Shown here one piece after another: positions 7,990-16,503 of a DNA stretch of 64,000 nucleotides (its first letter is position 1; every line of letters begins with the position of its first letter). The position numbers were made by a program, and so were the translations under genes. The stretch comes from a virus. The stretch lies in IMG/VR virus record IMGVR_UViG_3300046714_000360, positions 1 to 64,000 of that record. One strand, given 5' to 3'. The notes under the pieces are model-generated. The model saw only the letters and a program-made list of their open reading frames with translations, had not been told where the DNA came from and ran no database searches.

Positions 7990-8668
7990 ATTTCTAGCCA
8001 TGCTCGGTATCGGTACAGGTGTTGCAATCGTCAAGCCCAAGATGCTTTTGGCAGAAGCGCCGCCACAGCCCGACACATTTGCATGGGTCAAGGCGAAAGA
8101 TCTCACAAAGCCTATGACGCAAGCAACAGTACACGTGCCTTTCGTGCCATCAGGTCAAACCATCAGGTGGCCTGAATATCCTTATATGGTGCGCGCTTCT
8201 GAGCTCAAGCAAGGAGATCTTATCGCAGGCCACTACTACCCAGCCATTGATAAGCCAATGCGTGTTGTCTTCATTTCTCAGATGTCGCCAGCCTACGGTC
8301 ATTGGATGGATTACCATATCGCCGACCACGTCAATATGTGGCTGAAGCCTCAGGGTGTGAAAGACCAAGACACCTTCTTTGTACCACTTATTACAACAGA
8401 CGTGCCTCAGATAGAAGAGATGTTCATGCTCTCAGCTGCATATCCCTCAGACGATATGGTGGAGGTAGTTGGGCACGAAGAACCAGAACGCATCTGGATA
8501 AGGCCAGTCATTGATCACGATGTTACGCCTGTCGTCTACAAGCCACGTTCAGAAGGGTTCACAACTGCTTATCCAGGTCCACAGCTCATCCGCACATACA
8601 AGATTCGTGAGACATCGCGGCAAGAGTTGCAGACCGCAATCTTCAAGCTTGTTTACGGAGGTGAGTGA
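7976..8668 (+). CDS. hypothetical exported protein with twin-arginine-type signal, 230 aa
   Basis: MLRRKFLAMLGIGTGVAIVKPKMLLA fits the RRxFL Tat motif plus h-region; AGGAGG SD. Confidence 0.65.
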   Translation: MLRRKFLAMLGIGTGVAIVKPKMLLAEAPPQPDTFAWVKAKDLTKPMTQATVHVPFVPSGQTIRWPEYPYMVRASELKQGDLIAGHYYPAIDKPMRVVFISQMSPAYGHWMDYHIADHVNMWLKPQGVKDQDTFFVPLITTDVPQIEEMFMLSAAYPSDDMVEVVGHEEPERIWIRPVIDHDVTPVVYKPRSEGFTTAYPGPQLIRTYKIRETSRQELQTAIFKLVYGGE

Positions 8669-8859
8669 TGGCGAATGACAATGAGAAGATCATGATCTCC
8701 TGCAAAGACGCCAATGGCAAAGAGCTCCAGCCTGGCGACATCGTGGAAGTCACTGTGAAGTATTGTGTGCTCCGTGTCTATGATGGGCAAGTGCTCGCAC
8801 AGAAGGTGTACGACGTGCCCGCTTCAGCACTCAGGAAGACTGGAGAGACACTTCCATGA
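8665..8859 (+). CDS. hypothetical protein, 64 aa
   Basis: GTGATG overlap; GGAGGTG SD. Confidence 0.55.
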   Translation: MMANDNEKIMISCKDANGKELQPGDIVEVTVKYCVLRVYDGQVLAQKVYDVPASALRKTGETLP

Positions 8860-9590
8860 AGAAGCAGTTGCTCAAGAACATGACGATGAGATACAAGCGT
8901 GAGAAGAAGAAACGGCAGCGTGGCCATTGGGAGGAGATCAAAGGCGGGCGTGGTGCAGTCATGTCCCAGGTCACGGTGTTCATGAATAGCTTGCTTCTAG
9001 TAGAAGGGCACGACTATCAGTTAGACGGCAATGTGTTGCGCTTCAATATGATGCGTGACATCCTGACGCCACCGCGGCAGATCGATTTAAATTCCGCCAC
9101 GCGGCAAGAGTTGTTAGACTGGCATGTGAATGAAGGCGCCAACAAAGAGAAGTACAAGCATTACACCACAGTCAAGCTGCGCACACTTGCCTACAAAGGT
9201 GAGGTGTTGTCAGTAAGTTATCACACTAAGGAGTCTATGAGTACTAAAGTCAACATACACAATTCTGCACAAGAACCTCGGTCTGGTCTAACATTTGTCA
9301 AAGCTACTGCTGCTTTAAGCGGCGCGAAGCAGCAGATCACGCTCACAGATCTATCACAGCGGAATTTCTTACTCACTCTTGGCATCTCTCGGAAGGTGGA
9401 TCTCCTTGAGGCCGTTCTCATTGGCAATGCAGACGGAGAGACCAAAGCAGATGTTCCAAAGTCTATTCGTGGCCATGCAGCCCAAACAAATGCAGAGCTG
9501 CAGGATATCGATAGGCGCCTAAACTTGTTGATGTCTGCTGTTGGGCACTATCCATCGAATGAGGAAAACGAGCAAGACGACGAGGATTAA
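8856..9590 (+). CDS. hypothetical protein, 244 aa
   Basis: ATGA overlap; ORF track. Confidence 0.6.
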   Translation: MKKQLLKNMTMRYKREKKKRQRGHWEEIKGGRGAVMSQVTVFMNSLLLVEGHDYQLDGNVLRFNMMRDILTPPRQIDLNSATRQELLDWHVNEGANKEKYKHYTTVKLRTLAYKGEVLSVSYHTKESMSTKVNIHNSAQEPRSGLTFVKATAALSGAKQQITLTDLSQRNFLLTLGISRKVDLLEAVLIGNADGETKADVPKSIRGHAAQTNAELQDIDRRLNLLMSAVGHYPSNEENEQDDED

Positions 9591-9592
9591 AC

Positions 9593-9784
9593 ATGTTCAG
9601 TTATGTGAGCAAGAAGCAACATCAGTCTTTGGTTAGTAGCATAGACAGGCTTACATCAGCTGTCAATGCTCTCATAGCCAAGCTCAGCGTACCAGGTGAT
9701 ATAACTAACGCTGAGCTACACCAAGCCGCCACGGCACTCAGGGTGAGTAATGAAACACTTGCCTCAGAATTGCCAAAACGTTAA
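9593..9784 (+). CDS. hypothetical protein, 63 aa
   Basis: ORF track; GAGGA SD. Confidence 0.5.
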   Translation: MFSYVSKKQHQSLVSSIDRLTSAVNALIAKLSVPGDITNAELHQAATALRVSNETLASELPKR

Positions 9785-9819
9785 CGCAAGCTAACCCCAA
9801 TCCACAAGGAGCAACAGTT

Positions 9820-10062
9820 ATGAATGCAGCATTTCAAGCTCTGCTTGATGAGATCACTCACACAAAGACCGTCGAGGATAGTGCGAAACAGTTCATTCTC
9901 GACCAAGCCGCGAAGATTGCCGACCTAGCATCACAGTTGACAGACAGTCCAACCAAGGATGCGTTGGAGGCCTTGGCAGCTGACATGAAGACACATTCTG
10001 ATGCAGTCACTGCCGCAATTGTAGCTAATACACCAGCTGCACCACCTGCGCCGGGCGCGTAA
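9820..10062 (+). CDS. hypothetical protein, 80 aa
   Basis: AAGGAG SD; followed by a terminator. Confidence 0.55.
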   Translation: MNAAFQALLDEITHTKTVEDSAKQFILDQAAKIADLASQLTDSPTKDALEALAADMKTHSDAVTAAIVANTPAAPPAPGA

Positions 10063-10096
10063 GCCACAAAGGTTCACGTATTCAAAAAGAGGCAGA

Positions 10097-10130
10097 AAAG
10101 AGCTGCCTTAAGCAAGCAGCTCTTTATTTC
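10097..10130 (+). terminator. intrinsic terminator
   Basis: 10-bp perfect stem AAAGAGCTGC/GCAGCTCTTT, 9-nt loop, T-rich tail. Confidence 0.7.
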
Positions 10131-10157
10131 AAAACAAATCAGGAGCATTTAAAGAAA

Positions 10158-10508
10158 ATGTATATCGCCCAATTCCAGTTGTTAGTTGCCACTGACGGCA
10201 CAGTCACTCTTAACAGAGTCAATCCATCCATCGTGTATGATCCAGTCGGGGAAGGTCTTGTTGAGGCTTCTCAGCTATCAGCTGCCATTCGCGGAGTTGC
10301 TGACATACTCATGTTGAACAAAGGTACCGCGCAGCAGTACCAAATCCTGGTCGATAATCAGAGATCAGTGTCTGTGTCAATAGAGGAGCTCTCTGCTATG
10401 CAGGTTACCATCGACGAGTCAGGGCCTGATGTAGCGGGAGTGATCGCTATTGACACAGCTCTGAGTTCCGCACTCGATCATCTAGCCAGTGCTCTTTACG
10501 CAGTTTAA
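10158..10508 (+). CDS. hypothetical protein, 116 aa
   Basis: ORF track; AGGAG upstream. Confidence 0.6.
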   Translation: MYIAQFQLLVATDGTVTLNRVNPSIVYDPVGEGLVEASQLSAAIRGVADILMLNKGTAQQYQILVDNQRSVSVSIEELSAMQVTIDESGPDVAGVIAIDTALSSALDHLASALYAV

Positions 10509-10523
10509 CCAAGGAGGGCAGTT

Positions 10524-10796
10524 GTGGATCAGAAACTAAAACACAAGATAGAGGATGATGTAAGTAAACGGCTTATGGATTTGTCCACATCTCTTGGTGG
10601 CGTCACAACTGCCAGTGATGTAGTCTTTTTTGACACTGATGCTGGCATCTTGTTCGATAAGGTTGGCCCGCATATGGTGGTGTCCCTTGCCATAGTCATC
10701 CGCCATGAGGACTATATGCAAGTAAATCCCCACATGGTTCCCAAGGTCAATGTACCACCCAAGATCATGCAAAGTGCACGTAGCAAGAAAAGGTAG
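10524..10796 (+). CDS. hypothetical protein, 90 aa (GTG start)
   Basis: AAGGAGGG SD; ORF track. Confidence 0.5.
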   Translation: MDQKLKHKIEDDVSKRLMDLSTSLGGVTTASDVVFFDTDAGILFDKVGPHMVVSLAIVIRHEDYMQVNPHMVPKVNVPPKIMQSARSKKR

Positions 10797-10915
10797 TATC
10801 CGTACTATCTATTGTGGCGAGGATATATGAAAAGACTCTATTACTTAGCTGGTTACATTAGTGGGCGCCTGCGTGGAATCAGAGCGATAGGCGTTTACGC
10901 ATACATCAGCGCAGT

Positions 10916-11518
10916 ATGGCACAAAAAGGAAAGCAAATGATTGCAGGATCAATTGTTCAGCTGAACGCATCACCACAAGATCCGGTGCCGCATCTCGATT
11001 TCCAGGCTGCAGCAGCGTATCTCAGAGCAGAGAAGACGTATATGGTGAAGGAAGTACAGGCAGGCAAGTATGAGACGTATGTGTACTTGAACGAGTTCCC
11101 TGGGCATCCTTTCAACTTGAAGATGTTCAAGGTCTCGAATCTGGAGCACAAGGTTGAAGACATTGCTGTGTTACACACGTCAATAGATGATGGCAGCCCT
11201 AAGACAGCTGTTGCCGATCACGAAAGCAAGCTTGAGGAAGAGCACGCCGATACTATTGAAGCTGCTGCGAAGAAGATAGACCCTGATGGCGCAATCAAAG
11301 TTAAGGTTGCAGAGGCATTAGCAGCTGCACTCGGCTTCAGCATTAAGCATGCACTTACTCCTAGTTTACTCAGCAAGAAGAAACGTAGTTGGGTGCTAGC
11401 ATCGACAAGAGTTGATAGCAGTAAGCTGTCGAATAGGGTCGCTACAGATGAAGAAGTTCAGATGTGGTTCATGCTAGTTGAGCTTCGCTATATCGACGTC
11501 ATGCTCAGATTGAAATAA
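10916..11518 (+). CDS. hypothetical protein, 200 aa
   Basis: ORF track; alternative ATG10937 has the better SD (AAAGGAAAG). Confidence 0.6.
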   Translation: MAQKGKQMIAGSIVQLNASPQDPVPHLDFQAAAAYLRAEKTYMVKEVQAGKYETYVYLNEFPGHPFNLKMFKVSNLEHKVEDIAVLHTSIDDGSPKTAVADHESKLEEEHADTIEAAAKKIDPDGAIKVKVAEALAAALGFSIKHALTPSLLSKKKRSWVLASTRVDSSKLSNRVATDEEVQMWFMLVELRYIDVMLRLK

Positions 11519-11546
11519 GGATCATTGTTAGAATTAAGGAGATGTA

Positions 11547-11873
11547 ATGGAAAGCTTTGATGTAGATGAGAAGACTATCAAGTTCAGTGAAAAGGATGTA
11601 GAGCGCTTTATAGCAGAAGGTAAAGCACTTCAGCTACAAGTTCAGCAAGCAAAAGCTTATGCGGATGCATTACGTGATTTGCACAGTAATGATCGTCGTC
11701 TGTTAATAAAGGCATTGAAGAAACTTCACGCAGTACAGCGTGCAGCAGCTCGTTGGAATGTGCGTATGGCTCCGACGTTCGAGTTCTTAAAGATCGTATG
11801 CAGTATGCTAGACGCCAAAGAAGGCACTGCCACACACGTGGCCTTGGAGGAGAAGGATGACAGAGGATCATAA
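11547..11873 (+). CDS. hypothetical protein, 108 aa
   Basis: TAAGGAG SD; ORF track. Confidence 0.6.
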   Translation: MESFDVDEKTIKFSEKDVERFIAEGKALQLQVQQAKAYADALRDLHSNDRRLLIKALKKLHAVQRAAARWNVRMAPTFEFLKIVCSMLDAKEGTATHVALEEKDDRGS

Positions 11874-12078
11874 ACGAACGGCGTTGTCAATTAGTGACTT
11901 GCTCGATCCTTCAGTATCTTGCCAGCTTTCCTTGCCTACTCAGCCTCCACTAGCTTGGCCGCCTCCCATCGAAGTCGATACTGCCTCAGCTTTGTACCTA
12001 GAACTCATATCAAAAAACATTCGTGAGATCTGTGGCTTCACAGTCATCGCCATCGATCCAAGGAGCTTGACTGTATGA
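11857..12078 (+). CDS. hypothetical protein, 73 aa
   Basis: GGAGGAG SD; overlaps both neighbours. Confidence 0.45.
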   Translation: MTEDHKRTALSISDLLDPSVSCQLSLPTQPPLAWPPPIEVDTASALYLELISKNIREICGFTVIAIDPRSLTV

Positions 12079-12818
12079 GCACTGTTCAGTGTTTTCTCGT
12101 CAAAGAGACCAGCTGGTGTCTGCTTTATGCCAGGCGCTATAGTCAAGGCGAAAGCAAATGCCCGTACAATAACTTTTATCACAATGCCATGGTGCAGATT
12201 GGCTATATGCCTCTCGTGCGCACTCAGAAAGATGGTTATGAGCACGTAGGCGTTGATGTCTCTTGTGAAGTGCCTCCCCTTGATGATCGCTGGCCTACGA
12301 AATGTGACCATTGTGACTATGTGTTTGCAGATACCGACTATCGGCAGAATTTCATCGAGATAATGATGGTACAGGTTGCCACTGAGGCAGAAGATGTCAG
12401 CAATGTACATCTGCCAGTTATCAAGACTGGCGACAAAGTCATGGAGCCTGTTCCTTATTTCGATTTTGGAAATAAGCTCGTGCCAGCTACTTGGTGGCCA
12501 CGGCGTGACTTGCCTGCAGGCGCAATGTTCAGATATCCTTCCAGCTATCGAAAGATGTATTGGGACAATGACACTGAAGATCCGCTAGTTGTTATTGTTC
12601 CCAATAACGCAGGCAGTCCAACAGAGTGGATGATAGATAGCAGGTGTAGCAATTGTACTATGCCAGATGATAGGACTCACAGATGCTGGGTACGTACAGG
12701 TGTTCCACCGCTCATCACAGTTGGTAAAGGTGGTGTCACTTGTGCAGCCGGCGCAGGTTCAATCGCGGCGCCAGGCTATCACGGCATGTTAGAGAACGGA
12801 GTGTTGAGAGAGCTATGA
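12075..12818 (+). CDS. hypothetical Cys-rich protein, 247 aa
   Basis: ATGA overlap; AAGGAG SD; C-terminal CSNCT..HRCWVRTG..TCAAGAGSI..YHG. Confidence 0.65.
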   Translation: MSTVQCFLVKETSWCLLYARRYSQGESKCPYNNFYHNAMVQIGYMPLVRTQKDGYEHVGVDVSCEVPPLDDRWPTKCDHCDYVFADTDYRQNFIEIMMVQVATEAEDVSNVHLPVIKTGDKVMEPVPYFDFGNKLVPATWWPRRDLPAGAMFRYPSSYRKMYWDNDTEDPLVVIVPNNAGSPTEWMIDSRCSNCTMPDDRTHRCWVRTGVPPLITVGKGGVTCAAGAGSIAAPGYHGMLENGVLREL

Positions 12819-12837
12819 TTTGCATAACTGACTCCCC
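12815..12837. repeat. left arm of 23-bp perfect inverted repeat
   Basis: ATGATTTGCATAACTGACTCCCC; exact reverse complement at 13126-13148. Confidence 0.9.
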
Positions 12838-12897
12838 CTGTTGAGTTTTTACCATAACCCGATTTCGAGCTAAGGCCGAAAATCAAAGGAGGAACGT

Positions 12898-13113
12898 ATG
12901 GAAAAGATAACAGCGGAGTTGAGGGTGTTAGGACTCAAAGTACAACCATTTACCGATGTCCAAGGAGAAACGTTAGAGCTGAGGGCGTACGGATTCTGGA
13001 AAGACGAGCAAGGGAACGAGTATCCAGTATCGTTGCACTTGACTACTTATCCTGGACATGGAGTTGTGCCTCACATCGGTGACGATGTGTCCATTTCTGT
13101 AGAGCGTAGCTAA
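12898..13113 (+). CDS. hypothetical protein, 71 aa, bracketed by the inverted repeat
   Basis: AAAGGAGG SD; ORF track. Confidence 0.6.
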   Translation: MEKITAELRVLGLKVQPFTDVQGETLELRAYGFWKDEQGNEYPVSLHLTTYPGHGVVPHIGDDVSISVERS

Positions 13114-13125
13114 GTAGGCTTCGCA

Positions 13126-13148
13126 GGGGAGTCAGTTATGCAAATCAT
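13126..13148. repeat. right arm of 23-bp perfect inverted repeat
   Basis: GGGGAGTCAGTTATGCAAATCAT; reverse complement of 12815-12837. Confidence 0.9.
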
Positions 13149-13164
13149 TTAAGGAGAGTGGACG

Positions 13165-13449
13165 ATGCGTAAGATCAAGCTAGGCAGTTACGTCACCATA
13201 GGCAATCTCGGAAGTGAGTTCAGGAATGAATTGTTCCTAGGTAAGATGGGCACAGTCACAAGGATCATCGAGAAGCCAACAGGCGATGAGTACTGCGTAC
13301 TAGACAGTTGGTTTAAGTTGGAGCAGTTAACGTTAGTCCCAGGAGGACAGCATGGAAGCAGTAGGAGAGCTGACGGGTCGCGCAGAGTATTGTTCAAAAA
13401 GAAACAAGGCCAACGTGCAGTGCCGGAGAATGCCAGACCACCCAGGTAA
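13165..13449 (+). CDS. hypothetical protein, 94 aa, KOW/SH3-like N-terminal half
   Basis: TAAGGAGAG SD; KLGSYVTIGN..GKMGTVTRII; low-complexity tail overlaps next gene by 98 nt. Confidence 0.5.
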   Translation: MRKIKLGSYVTIGNLGSEFRNELFLGKMGTVTRIIEKPTGDEYCVLDSWFKLEQLTLVPGGQHGSSRRADGSRRVLFKKKQGQRAVPENARPPR

Positions 13450-13573
13450 GTGCGACTTCAGTCTAGGCGAAGCATTGCAGGCAGCAGACGAACACGTACC
13501 AAGTAGCCCTCGCGACATTCGTGGGATAGACAGCAAACTCGATCCCGACGACTATCATCCAGACAACGATTAG
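13352..13573 (+). CDS. hypothetical protein, 73 aa
   Basis: AGGAGG SD 5 nt upstream of ATG13352. Confidence 0.5.
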   Translation: MEAVGELTGRAEYCSKRNKANVQCRRMPDHPGKCDFSLGEALQAADEHVPSSPRDIRGIDSKLDPDDYHPDND

Positions 13574-13580
13574 GAGCCTT

Positions 13581-13961
13581 GTGCCACGCATTGGTGATAC
13601 AGTTCGTCATGCATTCGAGCAAGATACGTATATGTTTGCAGCCAATGACGTGCCTTGGGTAGGCTTCGACTTTGATGGTACTCTTGCTCACAGTGAGACT
13701 GCTGAGCCCATTGAGAAGATGGTCGATCTTGCCAAGGCGTTCTTGGCACAAGGTAAGAAAGTTAAGATTCTTACAGCTCGCGTAGCCAGCATCCAGTCTG
13801 CGCAGCATAGGAAGCAGGAACGTGAGTTCATTCAGAAGTGGACGCGCAAACACATAGGCAGACAGCTTGAAGTAACGAGTGAGAAAGATCATCTTATGCT
13901 CAGGCTGTACGATGATCGTGCAGTGCAAATCAAACGCAATACCGGAGAGGTTGTTAGATAA
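13581..13961 (+). CDS. HAD-superfamily phosphatase-like protein, 126 aa
   Basis: GFDFDGTLA (DxDxT), KILTAR, LYDDRA; AGGAG SD, GTG start. Confidence 0.6.
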   Translation: MPRIGDTVRHAFEQDTYMFAANDVPWVGFDFDGTLAHSETAEPIEKMVDLAKAFLAQGKKVKILTARVASIQSAQHRKQEREFIQKWTRKHIGRQLEVTSEKDHLMLRLYDDRAVQIKRNTGEVVR

Positions 13962-14130
13962 CAGTACCTGTTACACTTTGCTTCCCGACGAGGAAGGATT
14001 AAGGCAGTAAACAGGTTAGGGGTCGATGTGAACTGATTGCAGTCTTAATGGTAGAGGAACAGGAGAACTCGAAATCCCTTTACACTTTCGTTGGTCCGTC
14101 AGTGGGAAGAAGGAAGGATGGTTAACTTAC

Positions 14131-14790
14131 ATGACTGGATATATCCCTTATACACTAGCGGTTTGCTTCTTGTTAGCAAGCTTGTATTTCATCTTCTTGA
14201 GCGTTATGAAAAGCATAAAGATGATCAAGAAGACCGAAAGCGAGTTTTACACGATCGTGAACACAGCCACGCGCGAAGGGAGAGTCCGCGCGAAGTATCC
14301 GCAACTGATGAAAGTCATAGACCTAGTCACCAGCACGAAGGCAAGAAGCGTCGTCACTAGAGTAAGTGTACTGGCCGCAGTCTTTAGTCTTGGGTATGCA
14401 TCAGGTGTAATGTCTAATGCAGAAGCTATGACTACAGAAGACATCTCAGCCACAAAGGCTGAGCTTGCCACGCTGCGTGCAGAAGAAATCAGGCGGCAGC
14501 AAAGTATTGATTGGATGTACAATATACATGTACTAGGCTACCTTGGTGCAGGTCGGTATCTTATCGAGGAGCTAGATAGTGGGCATCCACGCAACTGTCC
14601 TTTGAATAGTCCATGCACTATCAAGTTTGTGTCGGAGTATATTCCTGAGTTCGAAACAGACAGCGTCATTGAGTGGATCAAGTACATTCCGACGCCGTCT
14701 GGTTGGGATGTGAAAGACCATGATCTAGGTTTCAAGGTGCGACGAGACAAGACCGGCGAGCCCTTGCGGTTCGCCCAACTTAAACAATGA
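14131..14790 (+). CDS. hypothetical protein with N-terminal transmembrane segment, 219 aa
   Basis: ORF track; YIPYTLAVCFLLASLYFIFLSV. Confidence 0.65.
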   Translation: MTGYIPYTLAVCFLLASLYFIFLSVMKSIKMIKKTESEFYTIVNTATREGRVRAKYPQLMKVIDLVTSTKARSVVTRVSVLAAVFSLGYASGVMSNAEAMTTEDISATKAELATLRAEEIRRQQSIDWMYNIHVLGYLGAGRYLIEELDSGHPRNCPLNSPCTIKFVSEYIPEFETDSVIEWIKYIPTPSGWDVKDHDLGFKVRRDKTGEPLRFAQLKQ

Positions 14791-15053
14791 GGTGTTCCAT
14801 GAGCAAAGCTAATCCCAAACCATCGTCTCAATTTAAGTTCAAGTTCCAGGTAGTGGCGGTGAAGAATGAAGACAACAGCATCGTCCTTCAGGTCAGTAAT
14901 CCTGATGGGCCAGGTACTACCACCGCTGGAGAGATCACGCTGACCACCACTGATGTTAACTTGCAGGCGCACATCGTGGTTGGCCAGACGTACGAGTGTT
15001 ACATCGGTGATCCTCCTCCGCCAGCAGATGGTGGCGATAAACCGCCACACTAA
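14787..15053 (+). CDS. hypothetical protein, 88 aa
   Basis: ATGA overlap; alternative ATG14799 follows GAGGTG. Confidence 0.55.
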   Translation: MRCSMSKANPKPSSQFKFKFQVVAVKNEDNSIVLQVSNPDGPGTTTAGEITLTTTDVNLQAHIVVGQTYECYIGDPPPPADGGDKPPH

Positions 15054-15061
15054 AAGGATGT

Positions 15062-15253
15062 ATGGAGAACGAGTTCAAAGACTTACGCACGTTGTTCGAA
15101 GACGAGGTCAATCAAGTTGACGGCTCTAGGCAACAGCTAGTCAGCGTGGTTGACCTCAGTCAGCCTGATCCCAATTGGAACAAGTCAGCACTCGCCCCTA
15201 AGAAGTTTTCGTTCTGGGAGCGAGTTCTGCTACGTATAGGTGGTTGGCTATGA
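15062..15253 (+). CDS. hypothetical protein, 63 aa
   Basis: AAGGA SD; ORF track. Confidence 0.5.
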   Translation: MENEFKDLRTLFEDEVNQVDGSRQQLVSVVDLSQPDPNWNKSALAPKKFSFWERVLLRIGGWL

Positions 15254-15326
15254 CTGTTTGGTGGCTTACATTTGAAGATAAGTTAATCAAGCTGCACAAA
15301 TGCTCTTCAGCCCAGCCTGATACTAT

Positions 15327-15662
15327 ATGCCTGATGTGGCGTTACAGTCTGCGGAATCTGCTCGTAGCCAAGCTCACTGTGTGGTGGAGGAGCTAATGGT
15401 TCGTGTATATTTCAATAAGCATGCAGCTATTGTTGGTAGTAATTTTGTGTGGTCAATAGATCATGGCACACAGGCGACAGAACAAGTAGTTGGGCGTGTT
15501 GAGCTGTTATGTAATATGAAGACAGACTTTGATCCAAAAGTGAAGCAGCCGAATACAGAAGAGCCCGCAGCATGGTTGTACAGTACGACTGCAGACTTTT
15601 GCATTCGCGATGGTGTTGCATACGTAGGTTTGCCTACGTACATCGCCTCACTTCGCTATTAG
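15327..15662 (+). CDS. hypothetical protein, 111 aa
   Basis: ORF track; no SD at 15327, whereas ATG15396 follows GGAGGAG (88 aa alternative). Confidence 0.55.
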   Translation: MPDVALQSAESARSQAHCVVEELMVRVYFNKHAAIVGSNFVWSIDHGTQATEQVVGRVELLCNMKTDFDPKVKQPNTEEPAAWLYSTTADFCIRDGVAYVGLPTYIASLRY

Positions 15663-15679
15663 GTGTGGGGTGATTGGTG

Positions 15680-16501
15680 ATGAGTAAGCATGTAAAGAAG
15701 CAGAATAAAAAAGTCGGAGCACGTGCCTTCTATCGTCAGGTGAATTGGGCAGAGTGGTGGGATGAGTTCTGTTTCGAGATCACTAAGAACGGTAGTCCTA
15801 AGTACAAGACGGTATGGGCATTTGCTAAAGTCAAAGGGAAGAACAATCAAGAAGCATCAGTCATCTATCAGGCGATAGGCCCTGAGCCACAGAACAAAAA
15901 GCAGCTTGTGGTGCCATGGCAAGGTGATTGGGGATTGCGCCGCGAGAAAGGCTTCTGGCATGATCCCGACGGCTCGAAGTTCGAGATACTGCAGGCAGCT
16001 ATTAAGCAGAAGGCAGACAGTCTCGATACACTCAAGCTGCTTTCAGTCGTGCCAGCTCGGTTGGTCGACTTGTACAAGAACGTGCTCAACAAGATCTTAG
16101 CTCACTATGGTGGCCAGCCTTGTCTAGATTCTTTAGACGAGGAAGAGAACTATGCACGCGCGACGAATCTTCTCAGGCTCATTGATCGATGTCGGCAGGG
16201 AGTATCAGGTAGCATTGATGATCTCGCCAAGACGCTAGGCCTGCATCCAGATGCCCCTGAGAGTTGGACCGAGCTTGCAGTAATCTCAGCGGAGCAAGGT
16301 GCTAAAGCTGCATTGCGCGGGCAAGAGGAAGGCTTGAAGCAAGGCATTGGTGTTGGCGCTTCATATGCACGCACGTTGACCGATATGGTGCACATGTGCT
16401 TACAGAAGCAACAGGCGTTTGATCTTCCAATGCCAGCTGAGCTCGATGAAGGAACGCCAAAAGGTACGCACGCAGGCCAAAACGGAAACAGCAGAGGCTA
16501 A
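15680..16501 (+). CDS. hypothetical protein, 273 aa, Lys-rich N-terminus
   Basis: ORF track 15674-16501; first ATG at 15680. Confidence 0.65.
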   Translation: MSKHVKKQNKKVGARAFYRQVNWAEWWDEFCFEITKNGSPKYKTVWAFAKVKGKNNQEASVIYQAIGPEPQNKKQLVVPWQGDWGLRREKGFWHDPDGSKFEILQAAIKQKADSLDTLKLLSVVPARLVDLYKNVLNKILAHYGGQPCLDSLDEEENYARATNLLRLIDRCRQGVSGSIDDLAKTLGLHPDAPESWTELAVISAEQGAKAALRGQEEGLKQGIGVGASYARTLTDMVHMCLQKQQAFDLPMPAELDEGTPKGTHAGQNGNSRG

Positions 16502-16503
16502 TC

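Noticed and set aside
10828-10941. The 37-aa ORF (MKRLYYLAGYISGRLRG..) in the gap before gene 10916
   Set aside because: It has a weak start context and overlaps the start of the 200-aa ORF. There is no supporting motif.
13165-13573. Programmed ribosomal frameshift linking ORFs 13165-13449 and 13352-13573, which overlap by 98 nt
   Set aside because: No slippery heptamer is visible in the overlap. The second ORF has its own strong AGGAGG SD and ATG, so an ordinary overlap is more likely.
13971-14088. The direct repeat TTACACTTT (13971-13979 and 14080-14088) in the 170-nt gap before gene 14131
   Set aside because: It is only 9 nt long and there is no matching -10 element at promoter spacing. 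It could be chance. The gap does contain a bulged 8-bp stem, but I cannot support a function for it.
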